A DNA stretch of 64,000 nucleotides. Source: Macrostomum lignano. Lineage: Eukaryota. The notes under the pieces were generated by a model, which was not told the origin of the DNA, made no database searches, and saw only the letters and a program-made list of their open reading frames with translations. Within the stretch, counting starts at the first letter, position 1. Each line of letters starts with the position of its first letter. Shown piece after piece: positions 47,240-58,959 of the stretch. The stretch lies in the NCBI GenBank assembly GCA_002269645.1, contig NIVC01000567.1, forward strand, positions 62,001-126,000. The letters run 5' to 3'. Both the position numbers and the translations under genes were made by a program.

Positions 47240-49317
47240 CGTGAGTCTGGAATGCAGTGTTTTTTTTATGATGTTCCAATGCTTGGGCTATACGAGATCT
47301 GTTTGCAGTTGCAATTGAGACTAAAGGCATGTTTTTGCGAATGATAGATACAGTTGAGGTTTCGTACACTGAAGTTCGTATCCAATTATCGTGGGATTAA
47401 AAGTCTTGGTATTGTCACTGGAATTCTATGATTTTTAATTTTCACTATCAATATGTCAAGAATTGTTAGGCTTACCTTATTTAAATGTTATCCTATCTTC
47501 GTATGCAACGCTGGTGATAAAAATTTTTTTAAGTTCTGTGGCTTGAGCGGGTTCAAGTTAAACCGTCACTTGCTATTTAATACTCTCTTTTTGCCATCAT
47601 CACGAATGTTGTCAGCGATAGGGAGCTAATGGAATGACAAACAATAGATTATTAAACAGTTGAATATCAGGCATAAAGCATGTGCGAGTGACTTATTGAC
47701 ACTAACAGCTTCTCTAGACTGCAATTAGTTAGCAGACTATCAGACCTGATCAGGCCTGAAGCTATTCGACCTATCTTGTCTGTACTTATCCCTCTGTAAA
47801 TTTGCATGGGAGTTATGATATGTTTAATCAAGCTGGGAAGTCGTTGACCTCATCAATTCGACAATATCAAATTGCAATGCTAATGCCGTTCACAACACTG
47901 TAGCCAGCCAGTTGCCTTTTATTGAAACAGATCAAATTTATTACTTCAGTGTCCTAATTTCCAAAGTAAGGACCGTAATTAACACGTAGCTTGTATTCCT
48001 CAAAAATGGATGACTATGGGTTATAGCTTCCATGGAGAAATGAAATGGAGGAGGACACTACGCTCTGTTTTCTTAGAAATGAGAGGATGGCCGGTAGAGT
48101 CGTTGCATGGAGTTTCGGCCATAAACAATTCGAGTATTATTTGCAAATAATCGAGCAAAAAATCCAACGTTTCGTGAGCTGACTAAATGCAAGCGATACG
48201 ACAGATATTCGTTCGTTTCCGGGCCTGTGTTATCGCGTTATCGTGTGTAAGAAGCCGCCGGTTACTCTCTGACTTACTGTACTATTATTAAAAGTGCATT
48301 ATCTGCCTCTAATTTATTCCTTAAAAGGGCACGCTCTAAGTGGTCAATTAAGTCCAAAACTCTCGAAAAAATTTTCACGCTTTTGTCTGATTTTAAACAA
48401 CTCAACAACCTCCAGCTTTTATTTCCAAGAAACTTGAGTGTGGTGTCCTTCTACTTGAGTTGTCCATGTAGCGATCATCAGCTTCTGAACTTTTTATGGA
48501 TTTTATTGACAAGTTTATCTTGAAGAAAGAGTTTAGAACAGTTTAAGTTTTGCCTAAACTTTTAAAGCAATTTCTCAGACAAAACATTTGCCCACGGAAA
48601 AGTATGACTAATGGAAATAGAGAGTTCAATTTATGATTTTCTCATTGCACTGTTGTATGCATTTGGATACTTTTGATGGTAATATTACCGATATCAATCC
48701 AGTTCTCTATGGCGCTGCGTGTAATAAAAACACCTGTCAGTCTGTTCAAACAATTAGTATGAACAATTATAGACTTCAGAAATAGCTAGTAAGCTAGTCT
48801 TGGGTGAATAAAAAACGGTTTATTATTTTTTCGGCTTCAATTTCGCTACTGACGGGAACGACAGTCATTATTATAAACTGAAAAAGTTGCTGAAAACCGA
48901 ATAAGAAAGGGTAAAAGTACAAGAGGGTAGAATGGTGTAAGAGCAGAAATTCAATTAGTGGGCAAAACGTGAAGAGGTGCATTGTAAAGTATTGCGATAT
49001 TTTGGGCAAAAGATCGATTGATTAGTAAAATTAATTAAAACAGTAAAATAAGCAAGGGATCTTGATTCTAATCAAGAATCAGAATTACAACTTCGAATGT
49101 TTTATCAGTTCCAATAATTTGTTGACTAAATGGGCTTGAACACTATTGAATTCTTGTACATGCAAATAACAGACAGTAAACAAAAAAATAAAGAAATTCT
49201 GAAGTTTTTGTTTCCTTAAAATCGATTCGGCTACATGATTTGGCAAATTATAGCTTAATAACAGTAAACAACATTATATAGATTTACTGAATCAGTATTG
49301 TTATACCTGGACAAACC

Positions 49318-51123
49318 CTAAACTTCTAGGTCAGTCACACTCACATTCGCATCGTCGTCTTGCTGATGACGCTCGGCCGCAGCTCTGTCCGTCGTGTCAC
49401 TCTCCATCTCATCGGACTGTCTCCCACTGTTAGCAAAATTTCTTCCATTGAGGGCCGTTGATGCGGTCGAGAAGCAGGCGAGCAGGCAGTCGTGAAGGAG
49501 TTCAACAGCTTCCAGCATGGTCAGCAGCGAGCAGCCAAGGTACAGACCGAGTAATCCACCTGTGTCAGCAATCAGGTTGATCAAATCGTAGGCCTTTTCA
49601 ATCTGAACCGCTGAACCAAAGCTTTTCACAGTGTGCAGCCGTATACGCATCAGCTGGTCATGCATGTAACCCGAACCGATAACTATGTTGTGCGTGGTCA
49701 GGTTATTTAGCATTGAGGTAGCTATATTGCTCAAGTCATCGTAACCAGGAAATTGTACACCAGGAAAAGTGCTCCTTTTTAGCTGAACTAACGTCTGAAA
49801 GTGTTCAATAATTTCGTGCTGAAATGACGATAGAATGCGGGGCCAGTCGCTGAAAGAGTAGGTGTACTTGAAAATGTCAGTCTGACAGGGTCTTCGCTGG
49901 GTGCAGAACTGCTGAATCAACTTCTGGTCCAGATTCGTACTAAAATAAGCCCCTCTTTCTATTTCACTAAAAAACTGACCGACTGACACCTGACCACTGA
50001 AAACTCGACTGGCGTTCATGCAGTTGCTGGTGTTGATAAACTTCCGATCGCGAGGTAACAGGTGACTCACACAGCCGCTTTGCTGCATCAGGAGCTGGTT
50101 ACTTCGTTCAGCCCGACAAAGGTACTCGCTGAATGCATAGGCCGTCTCGGTGTTATCGAACGGACTGATGATGCGACTGGGCTCAGGGCTACTCGAGCAC
50201 TGCATTCCTTTGCCCAGAATGAGCCTCTCAATCTCGAGGTCGATTCTATAGTCTTTTCCAGCGCTGAGCTGAATCATGGACTCGGAGTCCGGATAGTGAC
50301 CAGGTCGAGCAAAGTAAACATTGACTCCGGCTCCAGAATCTAAGTTAATGCCATTCTGAAAATCCCAGGCGAGAAAGTTTATTCCAGTTGAGTTTGCGAT
50401 CGGAATGGGGAGCAGTGAGGAGTTCTTGGGGAAGTCAAAGAATGTCCCATCCAAGAAGAGACCGACTTCCAGGTAACTGCCCTCAGTGCTCAGGATTTTT
50501 CTCTGGTCTGTAGTGGGCTCAATGCGAATGCAGTTTAGCTCCGATGGACTGTAAAACTTTTTTGCTGGAACGATGTCCCTGTGAAGACCGTTAAGAATTG
50601 TCAAGAAGAGAAACTGCAACAGCTGATGACCCATGGCCTGACTAACCAGTCGGTAAGGCATGGTTGCCAGAAGGGTCTTGGCTAGAATGCCAGTATACAA
50701 TTGATTTGGTGGCACGCCCATCATCCCGATGAGCTGAGTGACATAGCTGTTTATTTCGGCTGTGTTGTTCGGGTCTAGAATGTACGGATAACTGCCCGAC
50801 ATGATGGCATTGTTGCAGATGACCAGATCGGGGAACTCGAACTCCACCGAGTTCTGCTGCAGCGTGGTGGTCTCTGGCTGCTCGTTGAAGGTTTTGATGA
50901 AGCTCTGCACCTGTGTAACAAAGCCGGTAAGGCAGAGCGCGAAGCCGACAAGCCAGATGACCTTGACGTAGATCGGACGGGACCCCACAAGTCTTCCGAG
51001 GCCGTGAGCCGTGGTGTCGCTCAGCCATGAGTGCACAGGCTGCGCCAGAAGTACTCGGAGTTGTTCGCTGGTCTGTTTTGATTCTTTTTCGGTGAAATTT
51101 TCATCAGAATTTTCCTGCTTCAT
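49318..51123 (-). CDS. Intronless DEG/ENaC subunit, copy 3, 601 aa
   Basis: Same motifs as copy 1 (TTAHG, FPDLVICN, SFSDWP, LIADTGGLLGLYLGCSLLTMLE). Confidence 0.93.
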   Translation of the reverse strand: MKQENSDENFTEKESKQTSEQLRVLLAQPVHSWLSDTTAHGLGRLVGSRPIYVKVIWLVGFALCLTGFVTQVQSFIKTFNEQPETTTLQQNSVEFEFPDLVICNNAIMSGSYPYILDPNNTAEINSYVTQLIGMMGVPPNQLYTGILAKTLLATMPYRLVSQAMGHQLLQFLFLTILNGLHRDIVPAKKFYSPSELNCIRIEPTTDQRKILSTEGSYLEVGLFLDGTFFDFPKNSSLLPIPIANSTGINFLAWDFQNGINLDSGAGVNVYFARPGHYPDSESMIQLSAGKDYRIDLEIERLILGKGMQCSSSPEPSRIISPFDNTETAYAFSEYLCRAERSNQLLMQQSGCVSHLLPRDRKFINTSNCMNASRVFSGQVSVGQFFSEIERGAYFSTNLDQKLIQQFCTQRRPCQTDIFKYTYSFSDWPRILSSFQHEIIEHFQTLVQLKRSTFPGVQFPGYDDLSNIATSMLNNLTTHNIVIGSGYMHDQLMRIRLHTVKSFGSAVQIEKAYDLINLIADTGGLLGLYLGCSLLTMLEAVELLHDCLLACFSTASTALNGRNFANSGRQSDEMESDTTDRAAAERHQQDDDANVSVTDLEV

Positions 51124-54100
51124 ATCGATTGAAAGCCAGATGATTTCAATGAAAATTTTGGGAAATGCGCGAGATTTATCTTGTCTATTCCTGCAGTGTC
51201 TTTTCCAATGGCGCTCCTCGGATTAGCTAGCTACATGTATATATTTATTGGGCTTCGTTAGTTCTCAAGGTTGCCCTAAAGAGCTTCTTGGCAAAAGACA
51301 AAGAATTAAATATTGTTCCTGGGACTGTCAGGGAAGAGCCTTTAAGCACCTTGCTTTCTTTCTTAATTCTACTTCTTGCCTATGTTTGCATTTCTGAATG
51401 CAGCTAGCTCTGTTGCTCACGGCCTTTGTTAAACAAAAGAATTCATGCATTGCAGCTGTGTAGCTGTCTACAGACGTCTTCTAACGACAGACTTTTCATA
51501 ATGCTGTTGTTTGTTAGCGGTATGGTTTTGAATGTCAAATAAGGGAATAAAAATACGTGATTTCTTTGAGTCTTTGTCTGTCAGTCAATAATTTTGTTTC
51601 TCTGATATCAGGTGGGTATATAAATGCATAATCACTTATAACAACCACAGTTTTTGCTACGAGTATGAACGTTTATATTTAATAATACAATTTATCATAT
51701 AGAGCCGGACGTAAAAAATACACTACCGTGCATGACGATTGATACGGAGTGCCATTTTTTGGAGGATCTTGCCGTCAATAGCATGTTCGTTGGCCAGCAG
51801 AAGCTGCGCTTCTCTTCTGATTTGAAGTTTAAAGGGCCTGTCAACTTAAGCTCACAAAGTGGAGTCCTTAATTACCTACTTGCTTGTTCTCTCCTATCCC
51901 AATTCCAAATTTCGTCACTTTTTTTGCCAAACCCAGCTTCCTGGCTCCGAGTCCGGGCTTTATGAACTTAAGCTGACAGGCGATTCTGAGCCAACCTACA
52001 TGACGGACACCCGGCTATGGTTCGGTGCAGCGGCATCTGTCAGCAGCTTCTTCCAGCCCTCCAGTTCATGATGCTCAAGCGCAAGTTCTGCAACTTCACA
52101 GCTTTGCATGAACGATTTTGACTTTCCTGGGTCGTTGACTGATTGCCGGCGCTTTTCTCATTGTCAACCGGCAACAGTGCGTAGAGCTGACAGCATCTAG
52201 TTCAGCACTAAGTCCGGGCTCATGAGCTTGCCAAGTGCCAAAGTCGAAGAGTTGCAAATTTTCATCAACCAGTTTGCATCAACCAGACAAAATGTAATTT
52301 TTAAAAATGAAGGCACAAAAACTATATGCATTTTTGTATTTTCCAATCTTCTGAACTCTTTAGAAAGCTTATATTCTAAAGACGATGCAGCATTTAGTGC
52401 AGCTCAAAATTTGGTGACTGGGGTGCTGGCGCAGTTCTTCTTTTTTGCTAGCGGCTCTTGCCAGTTATCGTTCTTCTGCTCGCGATTTCTGCTTTGGCTT
52501 TGGCTAAGGCTTTGTACACTCCATCCTGCTTTCGCCAGCTCTTTGTCGTGTTCATTGTTCTGCTCTTTGTTGGGTGGAGGCTGATGGCAAGCAGCTTACA
52601 TGTGCTGTCATTTTCTGAGGTGAACATCGGAACTTCTGTGCGATTTGTTTTTCTAGCAATATTCGATGTGATGAGTGTGCAGCACATTTTATACGAGCAT
52701 ATAATGAAAAACTGAGATATTGTCATTTGACGGCCGGAAATCAACTGCCGACGATTTAGGTTAGTGTTAGGGTTAGAGTTTACGTTAGGGTCGTGGATTA
52801 AGCTAGGTTTAATAGTAGAGTTAGGTTTAGGGTTATGACTATAGATGGCAGTCAAGTTGCCGCAGTCCTATGTCATCAATAGTCAGGTTTCTAGCAACAG
52901 GTATAGGCTGGAGCACATCGCTTGTGATCTTGTGAAGTCACAAGGAGTGCAACGTAATACTGCACTGGCTTAAAGTTACGGGTAGTAACAATGAAGCATT
53001 GTTAATTACCAGGAAAATGGTTAACTATTGACTGTTGAGGCAAAAGCTTACCTGTGCACTTGGCTCTACCATGATGTCCTCTGTTTGAACAATTGGAATA
53101 TTAAGAGCGTAATACCAGGGTATATGCACCTGTAATAACTAATATTGTTTGCCAAGTGAGATGCGAGCAAATGGTTAGTCTGGTTAAACTTGTAACCGAA
53201 TGGTTCTTTGTCTGTGTTTGAAGCAAATTCAGCGTCAGTCAATAAGAAAGTGAACAGTGTGTTACCCCAAGTCTGGCCAGGTAATTTTAGAAACAAGAAC
53301 TGCTAGAAATCTTGCAATACTTTTAAATCTTTCTGTGTAGTCCTGGCAGCTATTTTTTGTTATAATGCATAGAAAATTGATTGATTGATTATTCTTTCTA
53401 AGAATTACAAACGATATCATAACTAAATGGCCCACAAAGAACCATGTTGCTAATTCAGAGAACTGTATTCTACTCGTGCTCAGGCCTCTGGGTATTTCCT
53501 AGACAACTTGAAGTACAACGCCTGTTTAAAAAGCATCCTAACAACCTCATTTACCAATAAAAATTCACAAACAAGACAAAGACAAAGCAAGACAAATTGT
53601 CGCAAAAATATTTGTCGTCAAAAGCTCTGACGCCACTATAGTACCTCGTAAGGCTGTCTGTGTTTACATCTGTGCAGTCTCGCGTCTTTAGCTCCCTTAT
53701 CCCAAATCCAAATGCCTCGCTACTCTACTGCTTTCTACTAAAAGAATCATTTTGACTTTCAAATTTGCGTCATCATTGCGGACTCATTTTCTGTCAATTC
53801 TCCAAGAAGCAGATGTGATGGAAATTCACTCTTCTTTTCTATCTATTGCCCTACACATTGTGCTGCGGTGTCGCACAGGGAGATCCGATGGTGCCGATGT
53901 CCGCAGCGCGGTCTCCCTCCGGAGAGTCCAGAAAGTGGATGGTCGCTCGCCCAGTAGTGCATAGATGGCGGACGAGCTGGCAGAAATTCTCGGACCTGAA
54001 AACATCGGAGAGTACGCTCATAATTAAACAGCTTTCAGCGAAGCGATGCCATGGCAAAACAGCCACGGCCTGAAAGGGCCCATGATTACTGCCTGATGTC

Positions 54101-54828
54101 CTTGCGGTTGAGTCCAAGCAGGGCCCTGCGGAGGGCGGGGGAAGGACAGGGGACAGCCGCGCGGGATTGCCGGCAGTCGGGGGCAAGGAGAGGTGGAAGC
54201 CACCTACTGGTTGATCCGAGTGGTGAATGGTGGTGGGGTGGGGCCACGGCGACCAGTAAAAGACCCGGTCGAGCCAGCCTTGGCCAGGCGATAGGCCAAC
54301 TTTTACCGTAGCCCCAGCTCCTATAGAAGCCCGGGGACATTCTATAGGAGCTTCAGGAGGACAATTCGTACCTTAATGACACCTTAGGGACGCCAAGGCT
54401 CGTAGCATTCTCTCGAAAGTCAAGTTTGGCGTGTTGCTAATTGCTAATAAAAGTAAATGTTGCGTGTAATAGAGTGTACTCAACACTAGGACAGTTTAGT
54501 TAGTGCATAATAAAATTGATGCTTCGTGATTTTATACAGACTGCCATTGTATTTTTACTGCATCCACTTTTTGGAGGTGTAAAAAGTGATATTTGTAGAG
54601 CTTTATAAGTCAAAAGCGCCAAATACATTGTAGTTCTATAAAAATATTTTATTTGAAAACTATTTGACGAAGCGAATGAGATCAAATTAGTCTGTTACAT
54701 GTGCAATTTGGCAAACTATTGAACCATTTCGATTTACATACTCGAAATTTTAATTTGAAAATTAATGCACTTTGACAACAAGTCCGGCAAACTTGATTAC
54801 AAAATATAGTTTGTTATAATCAGTCAAA

Positions 54829-57800
54829 TTAATCAACGGCAAAATGCTTTCGAAACAAATCCGGGTGATGAACGCGGAACTGATTCAGTCTATCCTGCCT
54901 GGCTTGCTCATTGCTGCCAGCCTCCTCTAGCAGACGCTGCATCAAATCAACCAGAGCAGCTTCCGTTGTTATTCGACTCGTCCGTTGAGTCTCTTCCGTT
55001 CTGAGTAGATTTCCTGGCTGCTCCTGCGACTGCGCCTGTTTGGGCATCAGCGTCAAGCGTTGCTGCCGCTTCCGAAGTCGCGACAGCAGCTTGGCGCGCT
55101 GGTAAATGTCCATGGGCAGGCGGAACAGCCGGCGCCAGTTGCCCAGAGCCAAGCTGAACAAGCAGCGAACTCGCTGACGCCACTGCCGGATGCTGGACGA
55201 TGCAGCTGCTGAGCGATCCTTTGGGTGTGGGTTTTTTGAGGGTTGGAAAAAGGTTAAGTGATTTTAATAAGCGATGTCAGATCCACTGTAGCATCGATGC
55301 CTACAGAATCGTCATTTGTCAGTGCTTCACGACATCGTGAAAAATCTCCAAACACGAGGGGGCGTTGACCCAGTGGTCTAGTCGCGGCTCTCAGATGTAC
55401 CAGCGGCCCAGGCTCGATTTCAAGTGCAGTCACATTAATTTGGAACTGAATTAGAATCTCGGCTTGGCTCTGCTCGTGCAACTAACGCCCTTAAGAGGGC
55501 CAACCCTCAAGGCGCTTGTGTGCCTGCTCAGGGGAGTCGGTGGAATGGACAGTGATGCCTCTAGTCGGTTGTGTGACAATGTCGCTTAAAGGGCGCCAGG
55601 GTGCACACAGCCCTTGCCATTGAACACTAACAAACTAAACCTCGCGACTTCAGCAACTCTTTATTCATTCAACAGAAAAGAGGTTTTACCGCATTCTCGT
55701 GTCGCAGCTGTTGCCAAGCCCAGCCGTGTCGAGAGTCGGCTAGAAGCAGCTCGGCAAGTTGATTCAGCAAGTGCTGCTGTTGCTGATCCTGATCCTGATG
55801 ATCCTGATGACAGCAGCATTGCACGTAAGCTAGCAGGTTCTCAGACAGTTGGCGATGCCGAAGACTAAGCAGACAGAATGCCATTTGCAGTACCCGACAG
55901 AAAAACTCGGATTCTTCGCTGGTTGACAGCGGTGGCGGTGACGGCTGGACCAGTAGCGCTGCGAAGACGTGACGCAGCTTCGACCAGCCGAGAGGATCCG
56001 GCAGCCGACCCAGCAAATTAATTAACCGCTGCAGCGTCAGAGGATGCCTGCTGGGCGAGTTGCGTCCGCCGCCAGTTGCTTGCAAGTCGTGAGCGAGTTG
56101 GCTGGCCAAAAATTCGCGAAACTTCGGCATTGACGATGAGCTCGACGGAATGGACGCTGTCGGAAACATTAATGACTGGCAGCGGCGCTGCTGCTGAGGT
56201 GGAATTGAGGCGTGCTGCTGAAGGTCTAGGAAGCTTGACGTTGCGCAGCGAGAGCCACGTCGAGGTGACGCCGGTTTAGTGGCAGAATCCGACTGAGGCT
56301 CTTCCATGTGAGCCAGCTCGTCAATCACTGGCAGGTCAATCAGGCGTAGCAGACGCTGCAGGCACAAATGATGGATGCACTCGTCCAGGTAGGAGGTGGC
56401 GTTCGATGGATCGTGGCAAGTGTAGAGCTCATCTAAAAGGATGCAACAGTATAGCTCGCTGAAATTCCTTCATCTACTCAATTAACATTGTTAGTTAGTT
56501 CTGCCATTTAGTTACCTTGGCATTTCCAGAAATCCAAGTACTGATACGGAATTCGCAAATATTTTATTTAGTAACCAACATTTCAGTCATTTTCAGACAG
56601 TCACCAACACGTCAGACATCTCCAGACAGTCACCAACACGTCAGACATCTCCAGAAAGTCACCAACACGTCAGACATCTCCAGACAGTCACCAACACGTC
56701 AGACATCTCCAGACAGTCACCAACACGTCAGACATCTCCAGACAGTCACCAACACGTCAGACATCTCCAGACAGTCACCAACACGTCAGACATCTCCAGT
56801 CTGTCACCAACACGTCAGACATCTCCAGACAGTCACCAACACGTCAGACAGCCACCAACACATTAATCACGATTCCCGTTTAAAGTATAACTCAATACTG
56901 AGCACTAAATACTCGTACCTCTCAAAGTGATCTCAAGGGCCGAAATCGATGCATCGCCTCGACCATCCGTCTGTTCGATGAAGCCTTTCGGCCTCGATAT
57001 CTCAGCGAAGCCGCCTCCTCCATCTTTGCGTCGTTTTTCCACTGGAGAATCGTCGCCTCGGTATTGGTTGTGCTGTGACGAATCGACTGACTCGATGTCA
57101 ACCTTCGCTGCGCCAGAAACGACTTGTTCTTCTTCATCAACGACGTGCTCTTCGTCGAGTTGTTCGTCAAGCTCGAGTTCAAGGCCTCGGCCAGTGCCAG
57201 CCAGGCAGGAGGCGGAGCGGACGTGCTGCAGTCGGCTGGACAGTCGGCTGGGGGCGCCGCGAAGCAGCCCGCGCACCGCCTGGCCACCGCCGGTCAGCAA
57301 TCGGCGGAGCAGCTTTTTGGGAGGGAGAAAAATGATTCGACAGAAATGCACGGATTTTACTACTACTAGTGGTAACCATTTTGGGAGCTTTAAAACAGTT
57401 TTAAAAAGCTTAGCGTTTCTCCAAAGAGTTGGGCGACCCTCTAATGAGTTTGGCGCCCCTCTAATGAGTTTGGCGCCCCTCTAATGAGTTTGGCGCCCCT
57501 CTAATGAGTTTGGCGCCCCTCTAATGAGTTTGGCGCCCCTCTAATGAGTTTGGCGCCCCTCTAATGAGTTTGGCGCCCCTCTGACGCCCCTCTAATGAGT
57601 TTGGCGCCCCTCTAATGAATTTGGCCCCCTCTAATGAGTTTGGCGCCCCTCTAAGTTTGGCGCCCCTCTGAAGTTTGGCGCCCCTCTAATGAGTTTGGCG
57701 CCCCTCTAAGTTTGGCGCCCCTAATGTTTGGCGTCTGAGTTTGGCCCTCTAATGAGTTTGGCGCCCTCTAATGAAATGAGTTTGGCGCCCCCTCTAATGA

Positions 57801-58959
57801 GTTTGGCGCACCTCTAATTTGGCGCCCCTCTAATGAGTTTGGCGCCCCTCTAATGAGTTTGGCGCCCTTCTAATGAGTTTGGCGCCCTCTAATGAGTTTG
57901 GCACTCTAATGAGTTTGGCGCCCCTCTAATGAGTTTGGCGCCCTCTAATGAGTTTGGCGCCCTTCTACCCCCTCTAATGAGTTTGGCTCTAATGAGTTTG
58001 GCGCCCTTCTAATGAGTTTGGTACCCTCTAATGAGTTTGGCGCCCTTCTAATGAGTTTGGCACCTCTCTAATGAGTTTGGCGCCCCTATGAAGAGTTTGG
58101 CGCCTCTCAAATAAGTTTGGCGCCTCTCTAAGAACTTTAACGCCCCAAAGGGCATTACCTTGACCTGTTTTAGCCGAAGCCCAGATGCATAATTTTTGTG
58201 TTGCATGTCGAATTTCTGTCCAGAATCAGCCTCAGCAGTCGAGCCAACTTCAACAAACGGCTGTACAGAAGGACTCGAAGTGTTCAGCCGATAAAACCTG
58301 TTGCTTTTGGCTTCAAATTTGGTAGAATTTGAGCTGCCGCCGCAGGAGAGGAGGGTGCCGGAGTCCAATAGGCCTTGACAGACAGACTGAGCTCGAGAGT
58401 GACTGTCCGTCTGGCTGACTGATGCTGACGCTTCAGACGATGTCAGTTGAAGGTATTCAATAGCAGCGGTGTGCAGCTGCTTGCCTGAACGTTTCAGATC
58501 AGTTTGAATTGAGGGAAACAGGCAGCCAAGGAGCTGCTTCCACTGGCGAGTGGCTCTGAACTGCTGCTGGCTTCCTGTGGATGAAGGACGACGGTTTTAA
58601 TAACTGCAATATGTATCGGCTTCCTCAGTGTCAGCTGTTAGTGTTAGATAGCAATGTGTCAGCTGTTAGATAGCAATGTGTCAGCTGTTAGATAGCAATG
58701 TGTCAGCTGTTAGATAGGAATGTGTCAGCTGTTGCACAGGATTGTGTCAGTTGTTAGGCAGCAAAACCAATTTACACAGGTATTTATTCTCATAAAATAG
58801 TGTTACCTGTTCGACCTTTTACATGTTAGATGTTGAGATAATTGTAAGCTGACAGAAATCCCAATGAAAGGAGAGAATTCACTCACGAAGTCCTGAACTG
58901 GGTGCCTCTGAGGAGGCATCGCAAGAGTCCTCAAAGTCAGTCTGTCCGATTGTGAACAT
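54829..58959 (-). CDS. DEPDC1/DEPDC7-like protein (N-terminal DEP, C-terminal RhoGAP-like region), 5 exons: 58959-58887, 58574-58159, 57312-56919, 56432-55690, 55218-54829; 671 aa
   Basis: Hand-assembled GT/AG junctions with compatible phases (1, 0, 1, 0). QFRATRQWKQL, AQSVCQGLLDSG...KFEAKSNRFYRL (DEP-like), NWRRLFRLP and terminal LNQFRVHHPDLFRKHF resemble DEPDC1/7 as recalled; not database-verified. Confidence 0.78.
55358..55640 (+). mobile_element. Candidate tRNA-derived SINE in intron 4 of the DEPDC-like gene, antisense to it
   Basis: A-box-like TGACCCAGTGG (55366-55376), B-box-like GGCTCGATTTC (55411-55421) at tRNA-like spacing, about 200-bp body and an A/C-rich tail (AACACTAACAAACTAAAC). 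No TSD found. Confidence 0.55.
56590..56862. repeat. 29-bp minisatellite CAGACAGTCACCAACACGTCAGACATCTC in DEPDC-like intron 3
   Basis: About 9 visible units. Confidence 0.95.
57428..58130. repeat. 20-bp minisatellite CTCTAATGAGTTTGGCGCCC in DEPDC-like intron 2
   Basis: Visible units; many small indels in the distal half. Confidence 0.95.
58627..58750. repeat. 22-bp short tandem repeat GTGTCAGCTGTTAGATAGCAAT in DEPDC-like intron 1
   Basis: About 5 visible units. Confidence 0.88.

Noticed and set aside
48160-48200. GAAACGTTG on the minus strand suggesting another hammerhead
   Set aside because: No CTGANGA box or stem II upstream.
37572-51028. Antisense and alternate-frame ORFs repeated in the DEG/ENaC copies (MTHTA..., MAERHHGSRP...)
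   Set aside because: They are shadows of the homogenised GC-rich coding blocks; their recurrence follows from nucleotide identity between paralogues.
53846-54073. GVAQGDPM motif resembling reverse transcriptase GVPQG
   Set aside because: No YADD-like motif or other RT subdomain in any frame nearby; likely chance.
55358-55432. Functional tRNA gene
   Set aside because: The B box is degenerate and the acceptor and T stems do not pair convincingly; reported instead as a SINE-like head.
25004-58959. Functional clustering of two DEP-domain genes (Dvl and DEPDC-like)
   Set aside because: They belong to anciently separate families and are separated by the channel cluster; nothing in the sequence supports co-regulation.
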